DNA from: Elusimicrobiales bacterium
GTDB lineage: Bacteria; Elusimicrobiota; Elusimicrobia; Elusimicrobiales; UBA9959
Length of the DNA: 64,000 nucleotides
NCBI GenBank assembly: GCA_038204165.1
Contig: JBBRDG010000002.1
Span: 25,832 to 89,831, forward strand
Reading direction: 5' to 3'
In this document: piece by piece, positions 43,743-53,241 of the stretch
Position numbering within the stretch: the stretch's first letter is position 1
Layout: each line of letters opens with the position of its first letter
Notes under the pieces: generated by a model
Told to the model about the DNA's origin: nothing
Seen by the model: the letters and a program-made list of their open reading frames with translations, nothing else
The model's database searches: none
Program-made: the position numbers and the translations under genes

Positions 43743-44163
43743 TGCTGCCTTTGGAGAGCATCGGCGCCGCTTTGCCGAGAGTTTTGAAGCCCAGCCGGAG
43801 GTAGAATGGTTCTGAACTGTCCTGGGCGATCAGGGCCAGCCAGCTTACCCCGTCGCGCTTGAGGCGGGCTTTAAGGGCTTTGACGATGGCGCTGCCGGCG
43901 CCTGAACGGCGTTCGCTCTTCAGCACGGCCACGTCCTGAATGTAAGCGTCGCTGACCCCGTCGCTGATGGCCCGGCCTATGCCTATGACGCGCCCGTCCA
44001 GCTCGGCCACAACGAAGCAGTGGCTGCCCTTAATTATCTTTTTGAGCAGAGTTGGGCCGTCGGAGCGCTTCCACCAGCCTTGCGCGCGGTAAATTGTTAT
44101 AATTCCGTTTAACGTTCCGGCATCCGCCTTGCCGATGAACCTGCAGGTAACGCGGTGTGACAT
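43735..44163 (-). CDS. GNAT-family N-acetyltransferase
   Basis: Start taken at the internal ATG (MSHRVTC...). Acetyl-CoA motif RRSGAGSAIVKAL (R/Q-x-x-G-x-G/A). Confidence 0.75.
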   Translation of the reverse strand: MSHRVTCRFIGKADAGTLNGIITIYRAQGWWKRSDGPTLLKKIIKGSHCFVVAELDGRVIGIGRAISDGVSDAYIQDVAVLKSERRSGAGSAIVKALKARLKRDGVSWLALIAQDSSEPFYLRLGFKTLGKAAPMLSKGSNV

Positions 44164-44225
44164 GGAGTTATGATAACAATCTTGGGGCCGGTAGTGAAAG
44201 CCGGCCCGGCTTACCAGGGGGGGCA

Positions 44226-45008
44226 ATGCATACTGAAGAAAAAAACGGCCTAAAACTTCTCAAGTTCGACCTGTTCAAGGGCCTGGGTGAGATTTCCTGC
44301 GCGGTGGCCACCCGCGCCGGCGGGTTAAGTTCCGGGCATTATTTCGGCCTTAACCTGGGCGCCGGCAGCGGCGACAAGCTGGAGCTGGTGGAGGAGAACC
44401 TGGAACTGTTCTGCGGCGTGATGGGCGCAGAGTCCGCCAGGCTAGCCCGGATGCAGCAGCGCCATACGGCCAACGTCATGGTGCTTGAAAGCGGCGGCGG
44501 GGCCGCTACGGAAAATACCGACGCGCTGGTCACCTCGGTCCCGGGGGTGCCGCTGCTGGCCCTTTCGGCCGACTGCGCCCTTACCTGTTTTTACGACCCC
44601 AAGCGCAAAGTCATCGCCGTAGTTCACAGCGGCTGGCGGGGGGCTTTTCTGGGCGTCTACGCCGCCACGCTGAACGTGATGCGGATGCGTTATGGCACGG
44701 AGCCCGGCGACGTGCTGGCGGGGATCTCGCCCATGATCTCGGCCGCCAACTACCCCGTGCGGGAGGATTTTCTGGAAAAGCTGAAGGCTTTTTATCCCGC
44801 CGGCGGGGACAAGAGGTTTCTGACCATGAAGGACGGCCTGCATTTCTTCAACCTGCGCGAGCTGCTGCGCTCCCAGCTGGAGACGCTGGGGGTTAAAAGC
44901 CACGAGTTCATGCACCTCTGCACCTATGCGGAAAAAGAGATGTTCTATTCCTGGCGGCGGGACGGCGGGAAGACCGGCCGGTTCGGCCTGCTGGCGATGA
45001 TAAAGTAG
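44226..45008 (+). CDS. pgeF: YfiH/PgeF-family (laccase-domain) peptidoglycan editing factor
   Basis: Start at ATG 44226. Blocks DAL(V)T, ADC.P, VHSGWRG and the C-terminal FYS.RRD are typical of the family. Confidence 0.8.
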   Translation: MHTEEKNGLKLLKFDLFKGLGEISCAVATRAGGLSSGHYFGLNLGAGSGDKLELVEENLELFCGVMGAESARLARMQQRHTANVMVLESGGGAATENTDALVTSVPGVPLLALSADCALTCFYDPKRKVIAVVHSGWRGAFLGVYAATLNVMRMRYGTEPGDVLAGISPMISAANYPVREDFLEKLKAFYPAGGDKRFLTMKDGLHFFNLRELLRSQLETLGVKSHEFMHLCTYAEKEMFYSWRRDGGKTGRFGLLAMIK

Positions 45009-45019
45009 GAAACTTCTTT

Positions 45020-45793
45020 TTAGCGGAGCATGGTCCACACTATTTTAAGCAGCAGCGCGGCAGAAACGGTGAACAGCATAGGGCGGATGATCCAGGTGCC
45101 CTTCTTTAGCGCCAGGTGGGAGCCGGCGTAATTGCCGGCCATGCCGGCCAGGCCCATGGCCAGCCCCAAACCCAGGTGCACCCTGCCCAGATAAAGAAAA
45201 GCGCCCAGCGCCGCCAGATTGGAGACCAGGTTAAGCAGCTTGGCCAGCGCGGTGGCGCGGAGCAGGTCGTAGCCGCAGAGCCGCGCGAAGGCCACCGCCA
45301 AAAAAGTGCCGGTGCCCGGCCCGAGCAGCCCGTCGTAAAAACTTACAAAAAAAGAGATGCCACCCGAACGCGCCAACAGGTCGTTGGGATGGAAACGGGC
45401 GCTGGTATCCGCCAGGCCGAAGCTCTTTTTGGCGGCCAGGAAGATGGCTACCGGGGGGAGCAGGACTATTAACAGGTAGCGGATGGCTTCCGGCGGTATC
45501 AGCGAGATGGCCTTGGCGCCCAGAAAAGCCCCGGCCGCGGCCAGGAAGAGCAGGATGAAAAGCAGGTCAGCCCTGGTGCGGGTTTCCTTCAGGAAGCGCG
45601 CGGCGGCTACCGTAGTGCCCATGGCGGAGGAAAGCTTGTTTGTGCCGAGAAGGTAGAAAGGGCTTACGCCGTAAGCCAGGTAGGCCGGCAGGGTTATAAG
45701 CCCGCCGCCGCCTGCTATGGCGTCCACGAAGCCGGCCAGGAAGACGAGCAGGGCGAGGGGGGCATAAGGCAGCGCGGCGTGAAGCAGGTCCAT
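45020..45793 (-). CDS. TauE/SafE-family anion exporter
   Basis: 257 aa, 7-8 TM helices. N-terminal GFVDAIAGGGGLITLPA motif. Confidence 0.8.
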   Translation of the reverse strand: MDLLHAALPYAPLALLVFLAGFVDAIAGGGGLITLPAYLAYGVSPFYLLGTNKLSSAMGTTVAAARFLKETRTRADLLFILLFLAAAGAFLGAKAISLIPPEAIRYLLIVLLPPVAIFLAAKKSFGLADTSARFHPNDLLARSGGISFFVSFYDGLLGPGTGTFLAVAFARLCGYDLLRATALAKLLNLVSNLAALGAFLYLGRVHLGLGLAMGLAGMAGNYAGSHLALKKGTWIIRPMLFTVSAALLLKIVWTMLR

Positions 45794-45873
45794 AGAAACA
45801 ATATCTTACTATTTTGCGAAGAACCCCGCGAAAATGTAGAATTAAGTATTAACTATAAGGCGGAGGCAAGCAT

Positions 45874-47616
45874 ATGGAAATAGACGCGAACCTGGAAAAA
45901 CTTAAAAAGACCATAGAGATCTCCGGCGGCGCCAAGCCCGTGGACCTGCTGCTGAAGAACGCCCGCGTAATAAACACTTTCTCCGGCGATATTCACCGCA
46001 CGCACGTGGCCATCCACGGCGGCCGCGTGGTGGGCTTCGGCGACTATAAAGCTAAAAAGACCATCGACCTTAAAGGCGCCTACGTCTCTCCCGGTTTTAT
46101 CGATGGCCACGTCCATATTGAAAGCTCAATGGTTAAGGTCCCCGAGTTTGCCAGCGTAGTGCTGCCGCACGGCACCACCTCCGCCGTGATAGATCCGCAC
46201 GAGATCGCCAACGTCCTGGGACTGGACGGCATAAGGTACATGATGGCCTCCAGTGAGGACAGCCCCTTGAGCGTTTTTGTTATGCTCCCTTCCTGCGTGC
46301 CCGCCACCAGCCTGGAGACCGCCGGCGCCGAGCTTTCCGCCCACGACCTGGGCCTGCTCCTTAACGACGAGCGCGTGCTAGGCATCGGCGAGATGATGGA
46401 TTATCCCGGCGTGATCAACCGCAACGAGGAAGTGCTTAAGAAGATTCTGATCGCCAAGAACAAGGTGATAGACGGCCATGCCCCGATGATGAAGGGTAAG
46501 CAACTGTACGCCTATGTGGCCGCCGGCATCCGCTCCGACCACGAGTGCACCGACGTGGCCGAGGCCAGGGAGAAGCTGCGCGTTGGTATGTACATCATGA
46601 TCCGCGAGGGCACGGCCGCCAAGAACCTTAAGGGCCTGCTGCCGCTGGTAAACTCCGAGAATTCCCGCAAGTTCTTCTTCGTTACCGACGACCGGCACCT
46701 CGAGGACATCGCCCGCGAGGGACACATAGATTACCTGGTGCGCACCGCGGTGCGCCTGGGCGTAGATCCTATCCGCGCTATCCAGATGGCCACTATCAAT
46801 ACCGCCGAGTACTTCGGTATCAAGAACCTGGGCGCCATCGCCCCCGGTTATGCCGCGGACCTGGTGGTGTTCGACGACCTTAAGAAGATGAAGATTTCCA
46901 AGGTGTTCAAGAACGGCAAGCTGGTCTCCAAGGACGGCGAGATAGAGCCGGGCGTTATAAAGGAGTACCTGGGCAAGACCCGCGGCACCGTCAACGTAAA
47001 GTGGATCGAGCACGAGGACTTCGCGCTTAAGGCCCAGGGCAAGTACGCGCGCGTGATGAACGTGATCCCCGACCAGATCGTCACCAAGATGACCGTGGAG
47101 AAGGTGAAAGAGGACGGCGGCTACGTCTCTTCCGATACCGACCGCGACATCCTGAAGATCGCCGTGATAGAGCGCCATATGGCCAGCGGCCGCGTGGCGC
47201 TGGCGCTGGTAAAAGGTTTCGGCCTTAAGAAGGGCGCCATCGCCTCCTCCGTCTCGCACGATTCCCACAACATTGTGGTGGTCGGCACCCACGACGGAGA
47301 TATGTATACCGCCGCCGTGCAGGTGGTAAAAATGCAGGGCGGCATTGTGGCGGCTTTGAACGGCCAGGTGCTGGAAGCCCTGCCGCTGCCCGTGGCCGGC
47401 CTGATGTCCGACCGCAGCGCGGAATTTGTGCGCGAGAAGCAGAAGCGCCTGAACGAGATCGCCAGGATGCTCGGGTCCAAGCTCTCGGACCCGTTTATGG
47501 CCATGTCCTTCCTTACGCTGCCGCCCATCCCCGAGATCCGCATCACGGACCGCGGCCTGATCGACGCCGTCCAATTCAAAGTGGTGCCGCTGTTTTGCGG
47601 CCCTAGGGGCAAATGA
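45874..47616 (+). CDS. ade: adenine deaminase
   Basis: 580 aa. Amidohydrolase metal motif GFIDGHVHIESS, then DPHEIANV, GHAP and SHDSHN blocks. Confidence 0.9.
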   Translation: MEIDANLEKLKKTIEISGGAKPVDLLLKNARVINTFSGDIHRTHVAIHGGRVVGFGDYKAKKTIDLKGAYVSPGFIDGHVHIESSMVKVPEFASVVLPHGTTSAVIDPHEIANVLGLDGIRYMMASSEDSPLSVFVMLPSCVPATSLETAGAELSAHDLGLLLNDERVLGIGEMMDYPGVINRNEEVLKKILIAKNKVIDGHAPMMKGKQLYAYVAAGIRSDHECTDVAEAREKLRVGMYIMIREGTAAKNLKGLLPLVNSENSRKFFFVTDDRHLEDIAREGHIDYLVRTAVRLGVDPIRAIQMATINTAEYFGIKNLGAIAPGYAADLVVFDDLKKMKISKVFKNGKLVSKDGEIEPGVIKEYLGKTRGTVNVKWIEHEDFALKAQGKYARVMNVIPDQIVTKMTVEKVKEDGGYVSSDTDRDILKIAVIERHMASGRVALALVKGFGLKKGAIASSVSHDSHNIVVVGTHDGDMYTAAVQVVKMQGGIVAALNGQVLEALPLPVAGLMSDRSAEFVREKQKRLNEIARMLGSKLSDPFMAMSFLTLPPIPEIRITDRGLIDAVQFKVVPLFCGPRGK

Positions 47617-48782
47617 AGACACTCCTTGCCGCCGCGCTGCTGTGCCTGGCCGGGTCCGCTTCCGCGGCCCGCCTGGAGCGCGGGCCGTATCTGGAGAACA
47701 TGGCCCAGGAGATGGTGACGATACGTTTCAGGCTTGATGTTTCCACGCCGGTCTGGCTTTCATACGGCGCAGCGCCCGATTGCGAGCGGTTCCTTACCAG
47801 CGCGGCGCAGCTTAAGGAGCAGCGGATCACGCTTTTCGGCCTTATGCCGGACACCACCTACTGCTACCGCCTCTACCTGCCTGCCGACCAGAGTACCGGC
47901 GTCTACAAGGCTTTCGAAGGCCCTTTCACCACTTTTAGAGGGGAGGAGAAGCCGGAATTCTCGTTCCTGGCTTTCGGCGATTCCGGCTCCGGCTCGCAGG
48001 ATCAGCTCGACATAGCGGCCCAAATGGATAAGTTCCGCCCGGACTTCGTGCTGCATACCGGGGACATGGTGGAATCCGGGCTGGACTCCGACGCCGACGC
48101 GCAGTACTTCAGGCCTTACGCCGGGCTACAGGCCCGCGCGCCGTTCTTCCTGGCGTTGGGCAACCACGACTATGGCAAGGACCTGCGCGGTCCGGGCGGC
48201 CGCGGCTTCATTAAGGCCAACTACGCCCCTTTTCACAGCGTGCCGCTTACCGGCCTGCCGCCCCATTATTATTATTTCGACGATGGCAAAGCGCGTTTCT
48301 TCGTGCTGGACACGAACGCTTTCGACGGGGCCAAGTTCGCGCCTGCGCTGGAGCCCGGTTCTAAACAATATAAATGGCTGGAGCGCTACCTGGCCAAGAC
48401 CGATAAGGAATGGATCTTCGTGGTTGTGCACGAACCGATGTATTCGACCGGCGCGCACGGGGCGTACGAAGCGGAGGTTAAAGCGCTGGAGCCGCTGCTG
48501 CTTAAATACAAGGTGGACGTGGTTTTTCAGGGGCACGACCACAATTACGAAAGGACCATGCCCGTAAAAAACGGGCTTTCCGACGAGGCCGAAGGGATAG
48601 TCTATATTACGCTCGCGGGCGGCGGCAGTACGCTGTACATCCAGCGCCGCAACGAGGACTGGTCTGAAAAATTTCTGCCTACTTACCACTTCGCCTACAT
48701 AGAAGTCAAAGACAAGGTCTTCAATATGTCCGTCTACAACAAAGACGGCGAGGTAATAGACTCCTTAGAAATCCAGAAGTAA
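47613..48782 (+). CDS. exported calcineurin-like metallophosphoesterase (purple-acid-phosphatase-like)
   Basis: ATGA overlap with ade. Signal peptide present. Motifs GDSG, GDMVE, GNHD, VVHEP and GHDHNYER. Confidence 0.8.
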   Translation: MKTLLAAALLCLAGSASAARLERGPYLENMAQEMVTIRFRLDVSTPVWLSYGAAPDCERFLTSAAQLKEQRITLFGLMPDTTYCYRLYLPADQSTGVYKAFEGPFTTFRGEEKPEFSFLAFGDSGSGSQDQLDIAAQMDKFRPDFVLHTGDMVESGLDSDADAQYFRPYAGLQARAPFFLALGNHDYGKDLRGPGGRGFIKANYAPFHSVPLTGLPPHYYYFDDGKARFFVLDTNAFDGAKFAPALEPGSKQYKWLERYLAKTDKEWIFVVVHEPMYSTGAHGAYEAEVKALEPLLLKYKVDVVFQGHDHNYERTMPVKNGLSDEAEGIVYITLAGGGSTLYIQRRNEDWSEKFLPTYHFAYIEVKDKVFNMSVYNKDGEVIDSLEIQK

Positions 48783-48870
48783 AGAAAACCGGAAGACCGG
48801 AAGAGCAGCTACGGTGTCTTTTCTTTAGAATGTACTTTAAGGGCGGATTTGTGAGCTTTCAGCGGGCATC

Positions 48871-48896
48871 AGCACGACGAGGGGCGTGCTTTTTTA
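48871..48896 (+). terminator. rho-independent terminator
   Basis: AGCACG-acgagggg-CGTGCT followed by TTTTTT. Confidence 0.7.
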
Positions 48897-49048
48897 TTGT
48901 CACCACGGATCTTCCGGAACCAGGCAGAAAGACCCGGAGCCGGTCTATTTCGCGCAGAAAGAGCGGAGCAGTTTTTTGGAGTCTTGAGGGAGGATTTTAT
49001 AGTTAAAGGCTTTCTGCGGTAAAATTAATAGAATAAGTAATTGTAATC

Positions 49049-50860
49049 ATGCTTTCAAAATTTAAAACCGGATTGCGGTTCAAGCTTACGGCGGCGTTCA
49101 TCGCGCTGTCCGCGCTGACGGTTATATCCCTGGCTTACTTTACCATACAGCACAGCTATCAGGCGCTTAAGAGCCAGAAGCAGCAGGACGAGCTTGTTAT
49201 AGCGAAAAACATCTCCGCCCAGATAGACGAAGTTCTGGGAAAGGCTAAGGCTACTATTGGCACGTTATCCCTACACCGTGATATCTTCAGTATCGAACAC
49301 TTCAGGCAGAGCGAAGCCCTTGATCTGGTAACGCAGGTCACGGAGTTGATCGACGGCATAGCGGTTATGGCCCCTGATGGAAAGGTGTTGGGGATAGACA
49401 GAACGGACCCCGATACGGAGGAGCTCCTGCCTCCTTCCGCCGACATTAAAAAGCTCTTCGTGCTGCCGCTTAAGAGCAACCCAACTACGCAGTTTTCATC
49501 CATCTTCCGTTCCAGGTCAGGGGAGATCATGGTTGGGATAGTCTCTCCTATCTTAAAGGACAACAGCGTTTCCAGCATCCTCGTCGGGTTCATTATCCTC
49601 AAGAACCATACGATGGGCGGGATAGAGAAGATACGCATAGGCAAGACTGGATATGCCTACATCGTCGATTCTTCCGGCAACGCGATAGTCCATCCCCAAA
49701 AAGAGCGGCTCCTGGAGAATTTCAGCGACAACCCGGCCGTCAGCGGTCTGCTTAATCAAAAGGACGGCATTGTGGAGTTTACCAATAAGGACGATGTCCG
49801 CATCCTTGCCGCGTTTGCGAGGATAGAAGAGACGGGCTGGGGCGTGGTGGTTCGGCAACCCACGGAAGAATCCTATGCCGTAGCTGAACAGAACCTCTTT
49901 TTCCTTGTTGTGGTGTTTATTTTCTCGCTTTTAGCCGCACTGGTGCTTGGCGTATATCTGGCCAGAAAAATATCCGGCCCGGTTACCGTTCTCCTGGAAG
50001 GCGTCAATCAGGTGGCGGCCGGTGATCTCGGGACAAAAATAATGGTTGAGACGGGTGACGAAATTGGTCAGCTTGCGCTTGCCTTTAACGATATGACCGG
50101 GAAGCTCAAATTGCACATGGAGGAAATAGATAAGGCCCATTCCGAGGTTTTAAAGACCCAGAAACAGCTGCTGCAGTCGGAGAAAATGGCGGCCATAGGC
50201 CAGCTTGCCGCCGGGCTCGCGCATGAGATCTATAATCCGCTTAACGTAATCTCCGGTTTTACGGAAATACTGATAAAGCAGGGCGAACGCACGGGGGCGG
50301 AGAAAAAGCACCTCGAAGAAATTTACCGGGAAACCGGGAGATGTCAGAACCTAATTGCCGAACTCCTGCGGTTCGCCAAGCCGAAGAAATCCGGAATGGA
50401 CCTCTCGGACCTGGGCGGGACGCTGAAAGAAACGGCCGCGTTGGTGCGGGCCCAGGCCAAAACGCAGGGGATAGTATTAAGTATCGATGTACCGGAAGAC
50501 CTGCCCCGCGTGCTGGCCGATAAAGACCAGATGAAGCAGGTTTTCCTTAACCTTCTGCTTAACGCCTGCCAGGCAATGCCGTCGGGAGGGGATTTGAGCG
50601 TCAGGGCTTATGCGGCGCCTGTCGGGCTGGCGGTGGATATCCAGGATACCGGCGTGGGGATAAAGGCGCAGGATCTGCAAAATATCTTTAATCCATTTTT
50701 TACCACCAAAGCGGAGGGCACCGGCCTCGGCCTGGCCCTGAGTTTCGCGGTAATGGAAAGCCATGGCGGGACCATAAACGTTAAAAGCGTGGAAGGTGCG
50801 GGCGCGGTTTTTACGCTGACCCTGCCGCTGCCGGAATACACAAATGAAAAAACAGCTTGA
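49049..50860 (+). CDS. sensor histidine kinase (Cache-like periplasmic domain, HAMP, HisKA, HATPase)
   Basis: Two TM segments flank a ~250-aa sensor domain. HAMP region (PVTVLLEGVNQVAAGDL). H-box AHEIYNPLN. N, G1 and G2 boxes (LLNACQAM, DTGVGI, GTGLGL). Confidence 0.85.
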   Translation: MLSKFKTGLRFKLTAAFIALSALTVISLAYFTIQHSYQALKSQKQQDELVIAKNISAQIDEVLGKAKATIGTLSLHRDIFSIEHFRQSEALDLVTQVTELIDGIAVMAPDGKVLGIDRTDPDTEELLPPSADIKKLFVLPLKSNPTTQFSSIFRSRSGEIMVGIVSPILKDNSVSSILVGFIILKNHTMGGIEKIRIGKTGYAYIVDSSGNAIVHPQKERLLENFSDNPAVSGLLNQKDGIVEFTNKDDVRILAAFARIEETGWGVVVRQPTEESYAVAEQNLFFLVVVFIFSLLAALVLGVYLARKISGPVTVLLEGVNQVAAGDLGTKIMVETGDEIGQLALAFNDMTGKLKLHMEEIDKAHSEVLKTQKQLLQSEKMAAIGQLAAGLAHEIYNPLNVISGFTEILIKQGERTGAEKKHLEEIYRETGRCQNLIAELLRFAKPKKSGMDLSDLGGTLKETAALVRAQAKTQGIVLSIDVPEDLPRVLADKDQMKQVFLNLLLNACQAMPSGGDLSVRAYAAPVGLAVDIQDTGVGIKAQDLQNIFNPFFTTKAEGTGLGLALSFAVMESHGGTINVKSVEGAGAVFTLTLPLPEYTNEKTA

Positions 50861-52262
50861 AAATATTTTAGTTATCGACGATGAGGCTGGAATGTGCAGC
50901 CTTATAACTACGGTCCTCACCGGGGAAGGCTATAAGGTTACCGCCACGCAGAAGCCGCAGGAGGGCGAAGCCGCGCTGAAAAAAGAAATTTTTGATCTTG
51001 TTATAACGGACCTGCGCATGCCTAAGATGAACGGGATGGAAATATTGCAGGCTGTTAAGGCGGTGTCCCCGGATACCCCGGTAGTGCTTATTACAGCTTA
51101 CAGCACTGTAGATTCTGCCGTACAGGCCATGAAACTCGGCGCTTCGGATTATCTGGCCAAGCCGTTCAAAAACGACGAGCTTTGCGCGGTGGTGAATAAC
51201 GTGCTTGAGAGATTTCGCTTAAGGGAAGAGAATGAGCGGCTTAAGCGGGAGCTTAACGAGAAGTACTCTTTTTCCAACATCATAGGGCAGAGCGCGAAAA
51301 TGAGGGAAGTGTTCGGTCTTATCTCCAGCGTGGCCAAGGCGGAGGTTACGGCTATCGTACAGGGGGAAAGCGGCACGGGCAAAGAGCTGGTGGCGAAGGC
51401 CATACATTTCAACGGATCAAGACGCAATAAACCTTTTGTAGCCATACACTGCGGCGGCCTGCCCGAGAACATGCTGGAAAGCGAGCTGTTCGGCCACGTG
51501 AAAGGCGCTTTCACCGACGCTATAAAGGACAGGCGGGGACTTCTGGAGTCGGCGGACGGAGGAACGGTGTTCCTGGACGAGGTGGGGGACATGCCCGCGC
51601 CCCTGCAGGTAAAACTGCTCCGGTTCCTGCAGGAACGCGAGATACGCCGCCTCGGCAGCGATGAAACCTTTTCCGTAGACGTCCACCTAGTAGCGGCGAC
51701 TAACAAGAACCTGCTGGAGGAAGTTAAAGCCGGGCGTTTCAGGAGTGATCTGTATTACCGCCTGGCCGTGGTGCCCATCTCCCTGCCGCCCTTAAGGGAG
51801 CGAATGGAGGATCTGCCGCTTCTGGTGAAGCATTTTATTCAAAAGCACGGAACAAAAGGCGGCGGGAACTGCGTTGAGATTTCCGGCGAAGCCATGCAGG
51901 CTATAACGCGCTATGCCTGGCCGGGTAATGTGCGTGAGCTTGAGAATATCATTCAGCACGCTCTGGCTTTTCTTGGCGGCGGTGAGTTTATCACCCCCGC
52001 AATGCTCCCGCGGCCTGTACAGGGCGGCGCTGAGGAGGCTTTGCCTTTAGCGGCGGCAGACCGCAGTTTTCGCGACGCAAAGCAGCAGGTGGTGGATTCC
52101 TTTGAAAAAATTTACCTCACAGATTTGCTGAGGAAGTCGTCCGGAAATATTACCCATGCCGCGCAAACGGCGGATATGGACAGAAAGAATCTCCAGGACT
52201 TGATCAAGAAGCATGGCCTGACCCCGGCCGATTATTCCCACAACGGCCCAGAAAAGCGGTAA
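50844..52262 (+). CDS. sigma-54-dependent response regulator (NtrC family)
   Basis: Receiver domain (ILVIDDE ... DLVITDLRMP). AAA+ Walker A GESGTGKE. GAFTGA-loop variant GAFTDA (nt 51504-51521). ESELFGH block. C-terminal Fis-type HTH. 17-nt overlap with the kinase gene. Confidence 0.9.
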   Translation: MKKQLENILVIDDEAGMCSLITTVLTGEGYKVTATQKPQEGEAALKKEIFDLVITDLRMPKMNGMEILQAVKAVSPDTPVVLITAYSTVDSAVQAMKLGASDYLAKPFKNDELCAVVNNVLERFRLREENERLKRELNEKYSFSNIIGQSAKMREVFGLISSVAKAEVTAIVQGESGTGKELVAKAIHFNGSRRNKPFVAIHCGGLPENMLESELFGHVKGAFTDAIKDRRGLLESADGGTVFLDEVGDMPAPLQVKLLRFLQEREIRRLGSDETFSVDVHLVAATNKNLLEEVKAGRFRSDLYYRLAVVPISLPPLRERMEDLPLLVKHFIQKHGTKGGGNCVEISGEAMQAITRYAWPGNVRELENIIQHALAFLGGGEFITPAMLPRPVQGGAEEALPLAAADRSFRDAKQQVVDSFEKIYLTDLLRKSSGNITHAAQTADMDRKNLQDLIKKHGLTPADYSHNGPEKR

Positions 52263-52348
52263 AACCACCCCGGTTCAGCGGTAATTACACCCCAAATTAA
52301 CCAGTGCATGAACAAAGCCTCCCTATGAGGCGGTCTTTGTTGGCGCCT

Positions 52349-52364
52349 TGGCATGTTTATTGCT
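52349..52364 (+). promoter_or_regulatory. candidate sigma-54 (-24/-12) promoter
   Basis: TGGCATGTTTATTGCT matches TGGCACG-N4-TTGCW with one mismatch and correct GG/GC spacing. It lies 87 nt after the activator stop and 113 nt before ATG 52477. Confidence 0.6.
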
Positions 52365-52476
52365 GTACAAGATATGCAGGGAACTATTAAGTGACGTTTA
52401 AGCTCTGCCAAGAGAGCTAGTTGTCAGACCTGAAGAATCTTAAGTGAAATTAGCTGTTTGGGAGAAGGAGACTAAA

Positions 52477-52863
52477 ATGAAGACGAGAGTAATGAAAACC
52501 GGCCTGGGCCTTATGGCTTTTGCCCTGGTGCTGGGCCTGTCCGGGTGCGGGCGCTCAAAGCAGGCTGCCGCGTTAGCTCTGGATGAAGCGAGGCTTATGA
52601 TATCCTCCGCTAAGAGCGCCGGGGCGCAGACTTTCGCCGCGGACACGCTGAAGTCTGCCGAGACATTCCTTGAAGCCGCCGATAAGGCGTTTGGGGCGCA
52701 GCATTATAGCCCCGCAAAGGTGGATGCGGAGAAAGCTGTGCAGTTGGCCAAGGCCGCTCTGGGCGAGGCCGAGAAGAAGGCCGCGGATAAGAAGTTGAAG
52801 GCAGCTAAAAAGAAAGTAACGGCCGCGGTAAAAGCGGTAAAGCCAGTTAAAAATAGTAAATAA
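52477..52863 (+). CDS. DUF4398-like helical lipoprotein
   Basis: GGAGAAGGAG Shine-Dalgarno sequence. Lipobox LGLSGC. Ala/Lys-rich helices with the A...A...A..Y..A pattern (AQHYSPAKVDAEKAVQLAKAAL). Confidence 0.65.
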   Translation: MKTRVMKTGLGLMAFALVLGLSGCGRSKQAAALALDEARLMISSAKSAGAQTFAADTLKSAETFLEAADKAFGAQHYSPAKVDAEKAVQLAKAALGEAEKKAADKKLKAAKKKVTAAVKAVKPVKNSK

Positions 52864-52887
52864 TATTTCAAGCGGAGGCCTATTGAG

Positions 52888-53232
52888 ATGATGGCAAAAT
52901 TGTTTATCCCGACGGTATTCGTTCTGCTGACTGGCTGCGCCATGCTGCAGCCGCAGAAGGCGGCCATGAATTCCTCTTCAAAGCAGATAGCCGCGGCCGA
53001 GCTGCGGGTGAAAGCGGCCAGGGACGCGGGTGCGGCTTCGTATGCGGCCAAAAACCTGAAGATGGCCGAGGCAGACCTGCAAACCGCTAAGAGCAACCAG
53101 ACCAAAAAGGTTTATGACCTGGCCCTGACCCTGGCGAAATCAGCAGAGTCCTTCGCTAACGAAGCTGTCCGGAAAACCGAGGAAGCCAAGCGCAAGGAAG
53201 CCGACAGTAAATCTAAAGCGAAGAAAAAATAG
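52888..53232 (+). CDS. DUF4398-like helical lipoprotein (paralog)
   Basis: Lipobox LLTGCA. Same helical Ala/Lys pattern (AASYAAKNLKMAEADLQTAK...LALTLAKSAESFANEA). Confidence 0.65.
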   Translation: MMAKLFIPTVFVLLTGCAMLQPQKAAMNSSSKQIAAAELRVKAARDAGAASYAAKNLKMAEADLQTAKSNQTKKVYDLALTLAKSAESFANEAVRKTEEAKRKEADSKSKAKKK

Positions 53233-53241
53233 GAGACAGCT

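Noticed and set aside
45794-45873. Purine riboswitch upstream of adenine deaminase
   Set aside because: The gap is only 80 nt and AT-rich with promoter-like sequence. I could not find the conserved purine-riboswitch loop-loop or junction sequences.
46378-47622. 414-aa ORF antisense to adenine deaminase. Similar antisense ORFs lie at 6351-7373, 32932-33939, 35121-35969, 37009-37860, 58437-59555 and 62585-63472.
   Set aside because: All lie opposite genes with strong family motifs and have the biased composition expected from reverse-frame GC-rich coding sequence.
48830-49003. 57-codon ORF in the gap before the Cache-HAMP kinase
   Set aside because: It runs straight through the rho-independent terminator at 48871-48896, has no Shine-Dalgarno sequence, and its product is Arg/Ser-rich.
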